NCBI GenBank assembly: GCA_965366815.1
Contig: CBDUGV010000001.1
Coordinates: 10,916-74,915 of the forward strand
From: an uncultured Bdellovibrionales bacterium
Lineage (GTDB): Bacteria; Bdellovibrionota_C; UBA2361; SZUA-149
Length of the DNA stretch: 64,000 nt
Direction: 5' to 3'
Position numbers and translations under genes: made by a program. Position 1 is the first letter of the stretch. Every line of letters begins with the position of its first letter. Of the stretch, positions 35,907 through 44,702 are shown in pieces. The notes under the pieces were generated by a model. It was not told where the DNA came from and ran no database searches. It saw only the letters and a program-made list of their open reading frames with translations.

Positions 35907-37262
35907 ATGGAAAACGTACTTGTCGTAGAAGATACAGATTCGCTAAGGGATGTACTCTGCTCCGTGCTGAGTAATGAAGGGTACAAGGTTACTGCGGCGG
36001 CAACTGCTGAAGAGGGCCTCAATCTCTTTCGAGAAAACGACTTCAACGTCGTGCTCACCGATCTAAAGTTGCCGAATAAGAGTGGTTTGGACTTTATTGA
36101 AGAGTCGACGGCGATAGACAAAACGGTGCCGGTAGTGGTGATGACCGCATACGGCAGTATTGAAATTGCCGTCCAAGCCATGCGACTTGGCGCAACGAAT
36201 TTCATCACGAAACCCTTTGACCCATCCTCACTCTGTGACCTCCTAGAACAGGTCAGCAAATCTCGAGCTCTCCTGGATAGAGGACTGGGTCGAACAAAAC
36301 GACCAAAAGGTAAAATCATTACGCAGTGTCCCTCCATGGAGAATGTGATGGAAGAGGCTCGAAAAGTAGCTCCGCTGAGCACTCCGGTGCTCATTCTCGG
36401 TGAAAGTGGTACGGGAAAAGAACTCCTTGCTCAGTACCTCCACCAACAAGGACCGCGAATCGACGAGCCATTTGTCGCAGTCAACTGTGGCTCAATGCCA
36501 AGCCAGTTGCTCGAAAGCGAGTTTTTTGGTCATGAGGCTGGAGCCTTTACCGGTGCCACCGATAGTCGCGAAGGCCTATTCGAAGTCGCCGACGGTGGAA
36601 CGATTTTTCTCGATGAAATCGGCAATATGCCCTACGAACTGCAAGTGAAACTGCTGCGCACACTACAGGAATCAGAGGTCAAACGCATTGGAAGCACTAA
36701 AGTCAACAAAGTAAATGTGCGAGTCGTTTCCGCGACAAATTGCGATATCCAGGATGCCGTTCGACGCGGGCAATTTCGAGACGACCTCTATTATCGACTG
36801 GGCGTTTTTGTGATTGAGCTCCCGCCCCTTCGCGAACGACGCGGTGACATTCGACTATTGGCAAACTTCTACGTGAAGACACTTTCACTAGAGCTCGGCG
36901 ATAAGATTAGAACGATAACTCCCCGCGCGTTAAAACTTCTTGAAACCTACCATTGGCCTGGCAACGTTCGAGAGCTTGAGAACGTGATCGAACGAGCTTT
37001 GATTTTTTCTCAAGGCCCGCTCGACGCCGATTGCTTTGAACTGGGACCAGCACTACCGAGCTCGGATTCCGGCACCCGAAGAACCCTGCCGGAGATTACC
37101 GCGAGTGCCACCAAAGACGCAGAAATAGAGGCTATCGTAGGGACTCTCCGCAGAACCCGTGGCAACAAATCGAAGGCATCGAGGATCTTGGGGGTGAGCT
37201 ACAAGACGCTACTCAACAAGATCAAGCTATACGATTTGAAGGACGTGCCACTCGGAAACTAA
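35907..37262 (+). CDS. sigma-54-dependent response regulator (NtrC family: receiver + AAA+ + Fis-type HTH)
   Basis: Receiver domain (VLVVEDTDS...D in VVLTDLKLP). Sigma-54 interaction Walker A GESGTGKE, GAFTGA, ESELFGH-like FFGHEAGAF. C-terminal HTH. Track ORF begins at TTG 35856; ATG 35907 with AGGTGA SD is preferred. Confidence 0.85.
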   Translation: MENVLVVEDTDSLRDVLCSVLSNEGYKVTAAATAEEGLNLFRENDFNVVLTDLKLPNKSGLDFIEESTAIDKTVPVVVMTAYGSIEIAVQAMRLGATNFITKPFDPSSLCDLLEQVSKSRALLDRGLGRTKRPKGKIITQCPSMENVMEEARKVAPLSTPVLILGESGTGKELLAQYLHQQGPRIDEPFVAVNCGSMPSQLLESEFFGHEAGAFTGATDSREGLFEVADGGTIFLDEIGNMPYELQVKLLRTLQESEVKRIGSTKVNKVNVRVVSATNCDIQDAVRRGQFRDDLYYRLGVFVIELPPLRERRGDIRLLANFYVKTLSLELGDKIRTITPRALKLLETYHWPGNVRELENVIERALIFSQGPLDADCFELGPALPSSDSGTRRTLPEITASATKDAEIEAIVGTLRRTRGNKSKASRILGVSYKTLLNKIKLYDLKDVPLGN

Positions 37263-37293
37263 GTCGCTGCTGCATGAGATGCGGCTATTTGGC

Positions 37294-38190
37294 CTATTTC
37301 TGGCGATCGAGGACGAACTGAATCATCCAGTGGAGGAAGTCTGCCGATCTGCCAAATGGAGCTAGACTGGCCTCTGCTTTCCGGGAGACTTCAGTTGCGA
37401 GCTTTTGCGCCTCAGCCAATCCGAAAACTGAAACATAGGTTGGCGTACCCTGGCGGGCGTCAGCGCCCACTTCTTTCCCCAGTTGCTCGCTACTCGACGT
37501 CGCGTCTAGCAAGTCGTCAGTAATCTGAAATAACAGTCCTAAGTGGGTGCCATAATCGTAGAGCAATCTAGTCGGCTCCTGCGCATCCTCCTTTGGTAGG
37601 AACTGTACCGCTGAGAGTACCGCTGCCCTGATGAGTGCTGCGGTTTTGCGATCGTGTCTGCTGACCAACTCCTCCCCCAGTAAGCTTTTTTGCCCGGAAA
37701 AAGCGGCTTTTTTCGCCGTTGCCTGTAAATCGAGCAGCTGCCCGTCGCATACAGCCGCTGTCGCTTGAGCAAGGAGTACGGCCTGGCGATTTCGCACAAC
37801 TGGGTCAACCGATTCTGCAGCCGCCAAAACCTCAAAGGCAGCAGCAAAGAGCCTATCTCCCACTAAAATGGCTGTTGCTTCGTCGAATTTCTTGTGACAG
37901 CTCGGCTGACCACGCCGCAAATCGTCGTCGTCCATTGCCGGGAGATCGTCATGCACCAAGGTCGAGGCGTGAATTAGTTCAATTGCTACTGCAAATGCTT
38001 CTTGCTGGGAATGCGGGATGCCGAGTAACTCGCCTGCGCTCAGCGATAACACGGCACGAACGCATTTGCCTCCAGAGAGTACCGCATATCTCGATGCTGC
38101 CTCTAGCTCAGTGTCACTGAACAGCTCATCGGCGTATGCATCGAGGGACAGCAATGCCGAATCGCGTAACTCATTGTATTTATTGAGCAA
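37294..38190 (-). CDS. (E)-isoprenyl diphosphate synthase (FPP/GGPP synthase family)
   Basis: First DDxxD in LVHDDLPAMDDDDLRRG, second in FQITDDLLD. 298 aa. Confidence 0.85.
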   Translation of the reverse strand: MLNKYNELRDSALLSLDAYADELFSDTELEAASRYAVLSGGKCVRAVLSLSAGELLGIPHSQQEAFAVAIELIHASTLVHDDLPAMDDDDLRRGQPSCHKKFDEATAILVGDRLFAAAFEVLAAAESVDPVVRNRQAVLLAQATAAVCDGQLLDLQATAKKAAFSGQKSLLGEELVSRHDRKTAALIRAAVLSAVQFLPKEDAQEPTRLLYDYGTHLGLLFQITDDLLDATSSSEQLGKEVGADARQGTPTYVSVFGLAEAQKLATEVSRKAEASLAPFGRSADFLHWMIQFVLDRQK

Positions 38191-38250
38191 TTCTACTTCT
38201 CTTTCCTATGCGTCGCTTAGCGAGGTTTTGTGTCCCACCGTGGTACACCC

Positions 38251-39135
38251 CTATCTCGTGGTTAGGCGCTCGTATAACTCAGTGAGATCTTCGTCACTGT
38301 AGAATTCGAGGGTCAGGCGACCAGCAGCCTTATTCCCAGCCTTTCGCACAAGATGAACCTTGGTTCCAAGCGCCTTCTGGAGATCTCCGACGATTCTTTG
38401 ATCTTCAACGCTGAGCTTCTTTGCGGGTGATTTCCTAGCTGTACCACCGTGGGACACCACCTCTAATTGGGACGCACCGCTGATGATGTCCTCCAATTGA
38501 GACCTAGTGATATCTGCCAGCTGGGGAATGATTTTCTTGCGTTCTGCTTTATCCTCGAGCTGTGCGAGTAACAGCACCTTGCTTTCAGAAGCACCAGCAA
38601 TCAAAGCAGCCTGCAGATCGTCGGGTAAAGACAGCACATCGAGACTGCGCTGAACCACTGACTTAGAGATACCCAGCTTCTTAGAAATATCGCGAATGCT
38701 CAAACTGAACTTTTCTCGCAGATGCCCTATCGCTAGAGCCCGTTCCATCGGAGCCAGATTCTCTCGTTGGATGTTCTCTACAAGCTGCTTACCGAGGACA
38801 GTCGCATCATCTCCTACTTCCGAATCGATGATCGCGGGAATTGTCGACAGACCAAGAGCTCGGGACGCTCTCAACCTTCGCTCACCGGCGATAAGGCGAT
38901 AGGTCCCACCAGGAGTGACCTGAACGAGCACTGGGCTGAGTACACCGTATTCTTTAATAGAATTGGCAAGTTCAGCTAAGGACTCATCGCTAAATACTCG
39001 CCGGGGCTGATCCGGGTCTACATCGATGTCTACGACTGAAAGATAACGAAACGGACTTCCAGACCGAGCCCGTTCCGCCAAGCTAGGGCCACCAAACAAA
39101 GGGTTGTTATCCAGAGTTACAGGCTTACGACTCAT
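38251..39135 (-). CDS. parB: ParB/Spo0J partition protein
   Basis: ParB box GERRLRASRALGL, HTH region; 294 aa. Overlaps parA stop. Confidence 0.85.
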   Translation of the reverse strand: MSRKPVTLDNNPLFGGPSLAERARSGSPFRYLSVVDIDVDPDQPRRVFSDESLAELANSIKEYGVLSPVLVQVTPGGTYRLIAGERRLRASRALGLSTIPAIIDSEVGDDATVLGKQLVENIQRENLAPMERALAIGHLREKFSLSIRDISKKLGISKSVVQRSLDVLSLPDDLQAALIAGASESKVLLLAQLEDKAERKKIIPQLADITRSQLEDIISGASQLEVVSHGGTARKSPAKKLSVEDQRIVGDLQKALGTKVHLVRKAGNKAAGRLTLEFYSDEDLTELYERLTTR

Positions 39136-39892
39136 TATTCAGCACCTCATCAGCTAGCTTCCGATAGTCTTCAGCTCCCGGACTACGAGTATCGTATTTA
39201 AAAATAGAAGTGCCGCGTGCGGGTGCTTCTGCTAAGGCCACGTTCGTCCGTATTATTGTATCGAACACTAAATCCCCAAAGTATTCCCGAACTGTGTCGG
39301 CAACGGTTTTAGAGAGTCGACGGCGGGCGTCGTGGAGGCAAAGCAACACTCCCCCAACTTCTAAGCTGGGGTTATAGGCTGTTCTCACTTGGTCGATGGT
39401 GTCGAGAAGTTGTCGCACTCCGTGCAAAGCCAGAAACTCACTTTGCACCGGAACAATAACCTTGGACGCAGCGACCAAGCCGTTTAAAGATAGGAGGCCA
39501 AGAGATGGTGGGCAGTCCACCATTATATAGTCGAACTTATCCTGGACATCCGCCAGCGCTTGCCGAAGTAGTAGCTCTCGACCAATCACTCCACCAAGGT
39601 CTAAGTCGGCCGCACTGAGCAATAGACTAGCTGGGGCAAGAAAGAGATTCTCGTCTATCGTAACAATGATGTCCTCTATCTTACTCCCGTGTCGAAGGAC
39701 ATCATACATGCTGCCCTCACTACCGTCGTCGTCGGCAGAGTATCCGAGGTGGGCGGAGAGATTAGCCTGGGCATCGATATCAACGGCCAACACTCGCTTC
39801 CCTCGCTCGGCAAGCCCGGCGGCGAGATTCGCTGTGGTCGTAGTCTTACCAACGCCACCCTTCTGATTTACAATTGCATACGTACTTTGCAC
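39125..39892 (-). CDS. parA: ParA/Soj partition ATPase
   Basis: Deviant Walker A AIVNQKGGVGKTTT; 255 aa. Confidence 0.9.
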   Translation of the reverse strand: MQSTYAIVNQKGGVGKTTTTANLAAGLAERGKRVLAVDIDAQANLSAHLGYSADDDGSEGSMYDVLRHGSKIEDIIVTIDENLFLAPASLLLSAADLDLGGVIGRELLLRQALADVQDKFDYIMVDCPPSLGLLSLNGLVAASKVIVPVQSEFLALHGVRQLLDTIDQVRTAYNPSLEVGGVLLCLHDARRRLSKTVADTVREYFGDLVFDTIIRTNVALAEAPARGTSIFKYDTRSPGAEDYRKLADEVLNNES

Positions 39893-40197
39893 TGGAGGGT
39901 CACCATATAGAATTCTGGCTTGATAGGGTTCCGAGTCTTATGTCGGTACACGTGCTCTGACATAAGTAAACCAGCATACCGCAATTATCAAGGATTGAGC
40001 GCGAAGCTTTGGATTTTGGGAAAATCTAAGAAAATTGGTGGCTTGTACGACTTACTCCCAGGCCCGATAGAGGGGATGAAAGCTCTCTCAATCATCGATC
40101 TTAGCTTGGAAACACCCCCTACCCCGCGATCGCAAACCCGATTTTAATTAATCTTTTTAACTACTTAGCCAAATTCCTGGCTTAGTACCGAACGCGC

Positions 40198-40466
40198 CTC
40201 GTGTATTCAACTAAGTACATTTCCAAAAAAAGCTCGTGTATTGAAGTAAGGCTCGTGCTTTCGACTAAGTATTTTGCAAAAAAATCTTATCCACAGCTCA
40301 TGTCGAATACACTATCGAGCTTTCAACCCAAGTCCATCGTGTTTTGGACCAAAGAATCTCGCTTTCGAACTATAGTTCTATCGAGTTTTGGGCTAAGTCA
40401 TATCGTGTTTCGAACCCAAGTAGTATCGTGTTTCAGCCGAAGGATCCTCGTGTTTCGAAATAAAAA
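40198..40466. repeat. iteron array: about 11 direct copies of a 13-bp core (A/C)TCGTGTTTCGAAC spaced about 21-23 bp
   Basis: Copies begin near 40198, 40233, 40252, 40294 (weak), 40315, 40336, 40358, 40379, 40402, 40425, 40447. Flanked by AT-rich DNA, between divergent parAB and the RepA-like gene. Confidence 0.7.
40287..40295 (+). promoter_or_regulatory. consensus DnaA box TTATCCACA within the iteron region
   Basis: Exact 9-mer match to the DnaA box consensus. A single copy, as typical for iteron-plasmid origins. Confidence 0.5.
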
Positions 40467-40647
40467 TGCGCAGGTAAGGCTCTAGAATTACTTACTTATT
40501 TCCGGCTGTACTACAGTACTTAGATCAAAAAAGTACCTTGTAAAAACTAACAGTACTCTGTTAGGTATCCCAACATAACTTAAAGCAACTTAAAGTTGTT
40601 GTTGAATGATTTTGATTTAGAAAAAAGAAGCCCGATAGAAGCAGGAT

Positions 40648-42054
40648 ATGAACTTACCTCAGTTTGCAGAGGACAGCAGTATTTCTGAAGATCATCAGAG
40701 TTCCGAGAGTCGAAAGGCCAGGGGTCGTGATGGGGGATCGAATCAGAGCGCCAGTGTTGCATGGTCACGAGATGAGATGAATCTGGCGGAATTCCCGCTA
40801 GCGGTGCTCTCCACTCGAGTGAATCACAACATTAAGACGCTTGAGTTCACTGATACGCATAGAGCCCCTTCTGGTGAGCTAGTAGAGCGCCGCTGGATAA
40901 TCACCGGTGCTGACAAATTTGGACTTCCAACTTCGACTGACGACGACGTCGTGCTCGGATTGATGCGGCTCTCTATGTCCAAGGGATTTCGCGAGCGAAA
41001 AGTCTACTTTACTCGCTATGAATTGCTCAAGACACTGCGATGGAGCACTGAAGGGCGGAGTTATCAGCGACTGATCAAGTCGCTCGATCGTCTCAGCGGA
41101 GTGCGAATTCGTTCATCGAACTCGTTTTACGACAATTCCTCAAAGGCCTATCAGACCTGCAACTTTGGTATCATCGATGCTTATGAAATCAACGATGGTC
41201 GAAAGCATCCAGGCGGGGAAGGGGAGTTACCGAAGTCCTACTTCATTTGGAGCGAGCGAATTTTTGACTCCTTTAAGGCGGGCTACATCAAGAAGCTCAA
41301 TCTCGATCTCTATTTTCAACTAAATAGCGCAGTTGCACGGCGGCTCTACCGCTATCTCGACAAGCATTTTTACTATAAATCCAGTATCGAGCGTGTGTTA
41401 ATGCCATTTGCCTTCGAGAAAGTCGGGCTTTCTCGAAGCTATAAGTACGTCTCTAGTATTAAGCAGCAGCTCGAACCGGGTCTGGAAGAGCTCAAGAATG
41501 TCGGCTTTTTGCGAGGGTATGAATTCACGGGTCGTGGGAGTGCCGCGAAGATTCGCTTTTTCGCCGGGAATGGGAATGGGGCAGCTGCCGCGACCAGTAC
41601 GGGCAGTAGTGTTGCGCCAACTCCTGGACCAACACCACAGCCAGCTCAGCAGGTGGACGCCGCTTTGACTCCCGCTGCCTCCAGAGAGCAGAGTTTTGGT
41701 AATATTGCATCAGCTCGTAATCGCTTTGTAACTGGAGAGCATGCGACGAGCCATCCCTTGGTCCAGAAACTCGTTGAACGAGGTATGGCGTCACCACAAG
41801 CACATCGCTTGATAGCGAAGCAACCTACTGCACGCTATTCGCAAATCGAAAGAATTATTTGCTACTACGATCATCTCGTAGCCCAGCAGGACTACAAAGT
41901 ATCGAAAAACAAAGTTGGATTTCTCTACCGGGCAGTAGAGCGCTCTGATGAGTTTGTCCTACCAAAGGAGTTTTCGGGAGATGTCGCGACTCCGCGAAAA
42001 CGGTCGAATCGCCCTGAATTGAAGTTATTTAAGTCGAGTCGCCGAGGGGAGTAG
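40648..42054 (+). CDS. putative plasmid-type replication initiator (RepA-like)
   Basis: Immediately downstream of the iteron array and divergent from parAB. N-terminal domain with NLAEFPLAVLS, Pro/Thr-rich linker, basic C-terminal domain. Family not verified. Confidence 0.45.
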   Translation: MNLPQFAEDSSISEDHQSSESRKARGRDGGSNQSASVAWSRDEMNLAEFPLAVLSTRVNHNIKTLEFTDTHRAPSGELVERRWIITGADKFGLPTSTDDDVVLGLMRLSMSKGFRERKVYFTRYELLKTLRWSTEGRSYQRLIKSLDRLSGVRIRSSNSFYDNSSKAYQTCNFGIIDAYEINDGRKHPGGEGELPKSYFIWSERIFDSFKAGYIKKLNLDLYFQLNSAVARRLYRYLDKHFYYKSSIERVLMPFAFEKVGLSRSYKYVSSIKQQLEPGLEELKNVGFLRGYEFTGRGSAAKIRFFAGNGNGAAAATSTGSSVAPTPGPTPQPAQQVDAALTPAASREQSFGNIASARNRFVTGEHATSHPLVQKLVERGMASPQAHRLIAKQPTARYSQIERIICYYDHLVAQQDYKVSKNKVGFLYRAVERSDEFVLPKEFSGDVATPRKRSNRPELKLFKSSRRGE

Positions 42055-42058
42055 GCTA

Positions 42059-42547
42059 CTAGCTCTTAAAGGCATTTCTGTCTGCAGCCCAGTCGGCAAC
42101 GAGTAACTTCTTGCCAAATAGATTGTCTTTTGTGACAAGCCAGCCACTACCTGACCAAATCATTTCGATTTTGATCATCGGATATTTCTTGTTTTTGGAC
42201 GCTTTTCGCAGATACACGGTGGCTTCATCGCCATACCATTTCAGTTCTTCAACCTTAAGTCCGAGCAGCGGGTGCTCCTCTGCTGTCCAACGGTTCTGTA
42301 GACTTCGCACTTGTCGCAGGTACTCTTGCTTATCGATGTCGGCCTGTTTGAGAAAATCGGTCCAGAGAATCGATCCTCCAATCCTCGCTTCATCGGCATT
42401 CACTACATGTTTGACGTAATCGGCTGATACACGGATCAGCAGGGCACCGAGTTCTGGCCCTGGCGATTTGCCGGCAATGCTCGAACAAGCGGTTGTTGAA
42501 AATAACAACAAAGCTAGGAGAAGACGTATTACTGAAACTCTATTCAT
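42059..42547 (-). CDS. putative lipoprotein / secreted protein (hypothetical)
   Basis: Start at MNRVSVIRLLLALLLFSTTACSS (signal peptide with Cys). Track ORF starts further upstream. Confidence 0.45.
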   Translation of the reverse strand: MNRVSVIRLLLALLLFSTTACSSIAGKSPGPELGALLIRVSADYVKHVVNADEARIGGSILWTDFLKQADIDKQEYLRQVRSLQNRWTAEEHPLLGLKVEELKWYGDEATVYLRKASKNKKYPMIKIEMIWSGSGWLVTKDNLFGKKLLVADWAADRNAFKS

Positions 42548-43535
42548 TGACCTTTCGCTTTTGTGGGAGTGTATGGGGGACGTTCGAAGACTCGAGAATT
42601 TCAAGAGATCGAACGCGTTCTAACAGGTCTTCCATGAGGCTGCGGTTTACCGAAAGCAGTTCTCCTAAAATACCAAGAACTACCAGCAATACGGAGATTA
42701 CCAACATTGCACCAGCAATCACCAGTGATTGAATATGGCCCGCTCCGTCTCCAGTTACATAAAAGTAGATAAAGCGACTAAGCACTGCCAGGGCTGGAAC
42801 TGCAAATACCGCGCTCAATAAGGCAAAAGTCTTAAAAGGGGCATAGACCGCAGTCAATCGAAGTATAGTCGTCCCAGACTTTCCAACTTTGGCAAAAATG
42901 CTGGTAATTAGCCTGGAATCACGGGTTTTGTCGTTAACAGCAATTGGAACCCAGGCGATATCTAAACCTTTTTTGTGCGCCTGCATCAATGTGTCGACCG
43001 TGTAGGTATAGTTGGTCATTACATGAATCTTTAGTAAGGCACGGCGTGAATAAGCCCGAAAGCCACTCACTGCATCTCGCACCTGCTCTCCACAGAGCTG
43101 CGCGACGACACCGCTTCCAAAGCGCTGCAAAAAGCGCTTGAGCGGTGAAAATTCATCGATACAACCGGGATCGCGATCACCGATAGCCACATCAACCTCA
43201 CCATTGAGAATCGGCTGTAGCAAAGCGGGAATGGCCTCAGAGGGATATTGATTGTCGCCGTCGGTGTTGACCACAATATCCGCACCCTGTTGAAGAGCAT
43301 GATCGATGCCCGCCTTAAAGGCTCGTCCTAGCCATCGACGATTACGTCCTGGAATGCGTACTATATGATGAACTCCGAGCGAGCGGGCAATTTCTATAGT
43401 TCTGTCAGTTGAGCCATCATCGATAATTTGAAACTCAAGGATATCAACGCCGGGAATTGATCTGGGCATATTGGCGAAGACAAGTGGTAGCGTCTCAGCT
43501 TCGTTAAAACAGGGAATTTGAACTATTACTTTCAC
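42540..43535 (-). CDS. GT2 polyprenyl-phosphate glycosyltransferase (DPM1/ArnC/GtrB-like) with C-terminal TM helices
   Basis: IPCFNEAETLPLVFANM...IIDDGSTDRT...DGDNQ motifs. Two C-terminal hydrophobic helices. Confidence 0.8.
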   Translation of the reverse strand: MKVIVQIPCFNEAETLPLVFANMPRSIPGVDILEFQIIDDGSTDRTIEIARSLGVHHIVRIPGRNRRWLGRAFKAGIDHALQQGADIVVNTDGDNQYPSEAIPALLQPILNGEVDVAIGDRDPGCIDEFSPLKRFLQRFGSGVVAQLCGEQVRDAVSGFRAYSRRALLKIHVMTNYTYTVDTLMQAHKKGLDIAWVPIAVNDKTRDSRLITSIFAKVGKSGTTILRLTAVYAPFKTFALLSAVFAVPALAVLSRFIYFYVTGDGAGHIQSLVIAGAMLVISVLLVVLGILGELLSVNRSLMEDLLERVRSLEILESSNVPHTLPQKRKVNE

Positions 43536-43704
43536 TGCGTGGCTCGTTTGGGCTTGGGCAGAAAGGCCCCATGTTTTCCAGCAGGTAAATTAACGAGTTT
43601 AACGGTCAATTACAATAGAATCCGCCAGCAGGGTGCCGGTAGCATCGCTACCGGACCATGCAAGCGTATGAAATTAAAAGGATATCTTCGCTTTTATCTA
43701 GCTT

Positions 43705-43890
43705 TTATCTGAAGGAGGTCCAAACTATCACGAAGGTGAAAATCAGTGATAAGCCGACGACGAATCCGTTCGGACCAGCCAAAGCACTCATCCCATCCAT
43801 CAGGATTCCTACAGTGCTAGTAAGCGAAGTTATAATAGACTCCAATTCGCTGAGAAAATTGGAGATAAAGCTACTGAGAGTGTTCGACAT
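43705..43890 (-). CDS. small (61 aa) membrane protein, hypothetical
   Basis: Strong SD (GGAGG 7 nt upstream of ATG). Amphipathic N-terminus plus C-terminal TM FVVGLSLIFTFVIVWTSF. Confidence 0.4.
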   Translation of the reverse strand: MSNTLSSFISNFLSELESIITSLTSTVGILMDGMSALAGPNGFVVGLSLIFTFVIVWTSFR

Positions 43891-44043
43891 GACATTTCCT
43901 CCAATATTGCTCTAAGCCAACCATTTCAAAAGTGTGTATCTATAGTTCTATTGTACACATAAGTGTGTATAAGGGTCAAGGTGCGCTTCCTCCCCTCTGG
44001 CTCAAAACCCTAGATTTGGTATGGAATGTTAGAGCCTTAGCTC

Positions 44044-44667
44044 TTATTGGTCTTCATCGAACAGTTTGAGGAATTCAGCATATCCCTCTTTCTCAAGCTG
44101 TTCTTTGGGGATGAAGCGCAGGGCAGCGGAGTTGATACAATACCGCTGTCCGCTCGGTTTCGGACCGTCAGGGAATACATGTCCTAGGTGTGAATCAGAT
44201 TTCTTGCTGCGAACTTCGATGCGCGTCATGCCGTAACTCTTGTCTTTCACTTCGACAATGCTCTCTGCATCGAGTGGCGCAAAGAAGCTTGGCCAGCCAG
44301 TGCCTGAAACAAATTTCGTGGTCGAACTAAACAGAGGTTCCCCGGAAATAACATCAACATAAATTCCTGGCTTTTTGTTATCCCAGTACTCGTTAGAGAA
44401 TGGTCGCTCGGTGCCGTTTTCCCGAGTGATATGATACTGATCTGGGGTCAGGCGCTTCTTCAGTTCGTCATCACTTTCCATCACATACTCCTTGTAATGC
44501 GGTCTTTCTCTAGATTCCTTGGACGTCTCCAATCGAGATTGGTTCTCCGACTCAACCGATTTCGCCACACTTTGAGCTTTAGTACCGGCGTCATCTTCTC
44601 TAGAAGTGCAAGAAAGTGGAGCCGCTAAATAAAGCGAAGCAATAAGGGTACAGGCTATCGTTTTCAT
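44044..44667 (-). CDS. msrB: peptide methionine-(R)-S-oxide reductase, secreted/lipoprotein form
   Basis: MsrB motifs [44 protein letters not shown]-terminal signal peptide. Confidence 0.85.
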   Translation of the reverse strand: MKTIACTLIASLYLAAPLSCTSREDDAGTKAQSVAKSVESENQSRLETSKESRERPHYKEYVMESDDELKKRLTPDQYHITRENGTERPFSNEYWDNKKPGIYVDVISGEPLFSSTTKFVSGTGWPSFFAPLDAESIVEVKDKSYGMTRIEVRSKKSDSHLGHVFPDGPKPSGQRYCINSAALRFIPKEQLEKEGYAEFLKLFDEDQ

Positions 44668-44702
44668 ATCTCACTTACCTCCACTAAAAAAGTTTCTGCT
44701 AC

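Noticed and set aside
38696-38979. Plus-strand ORFs inside parB
   Set aside because: Antisense shadows of a well-supported ParB gene.
40198-40466. Possible CRISPR array (regular direct repeats)
   Set aside because: Repeat core is only 13 bp and degenerate, spacing about 22 bp with no unique spacers of CRISPR length, and no cas genes. Context (parAB, RepA-like gene, DnaA box) indicates iterons.
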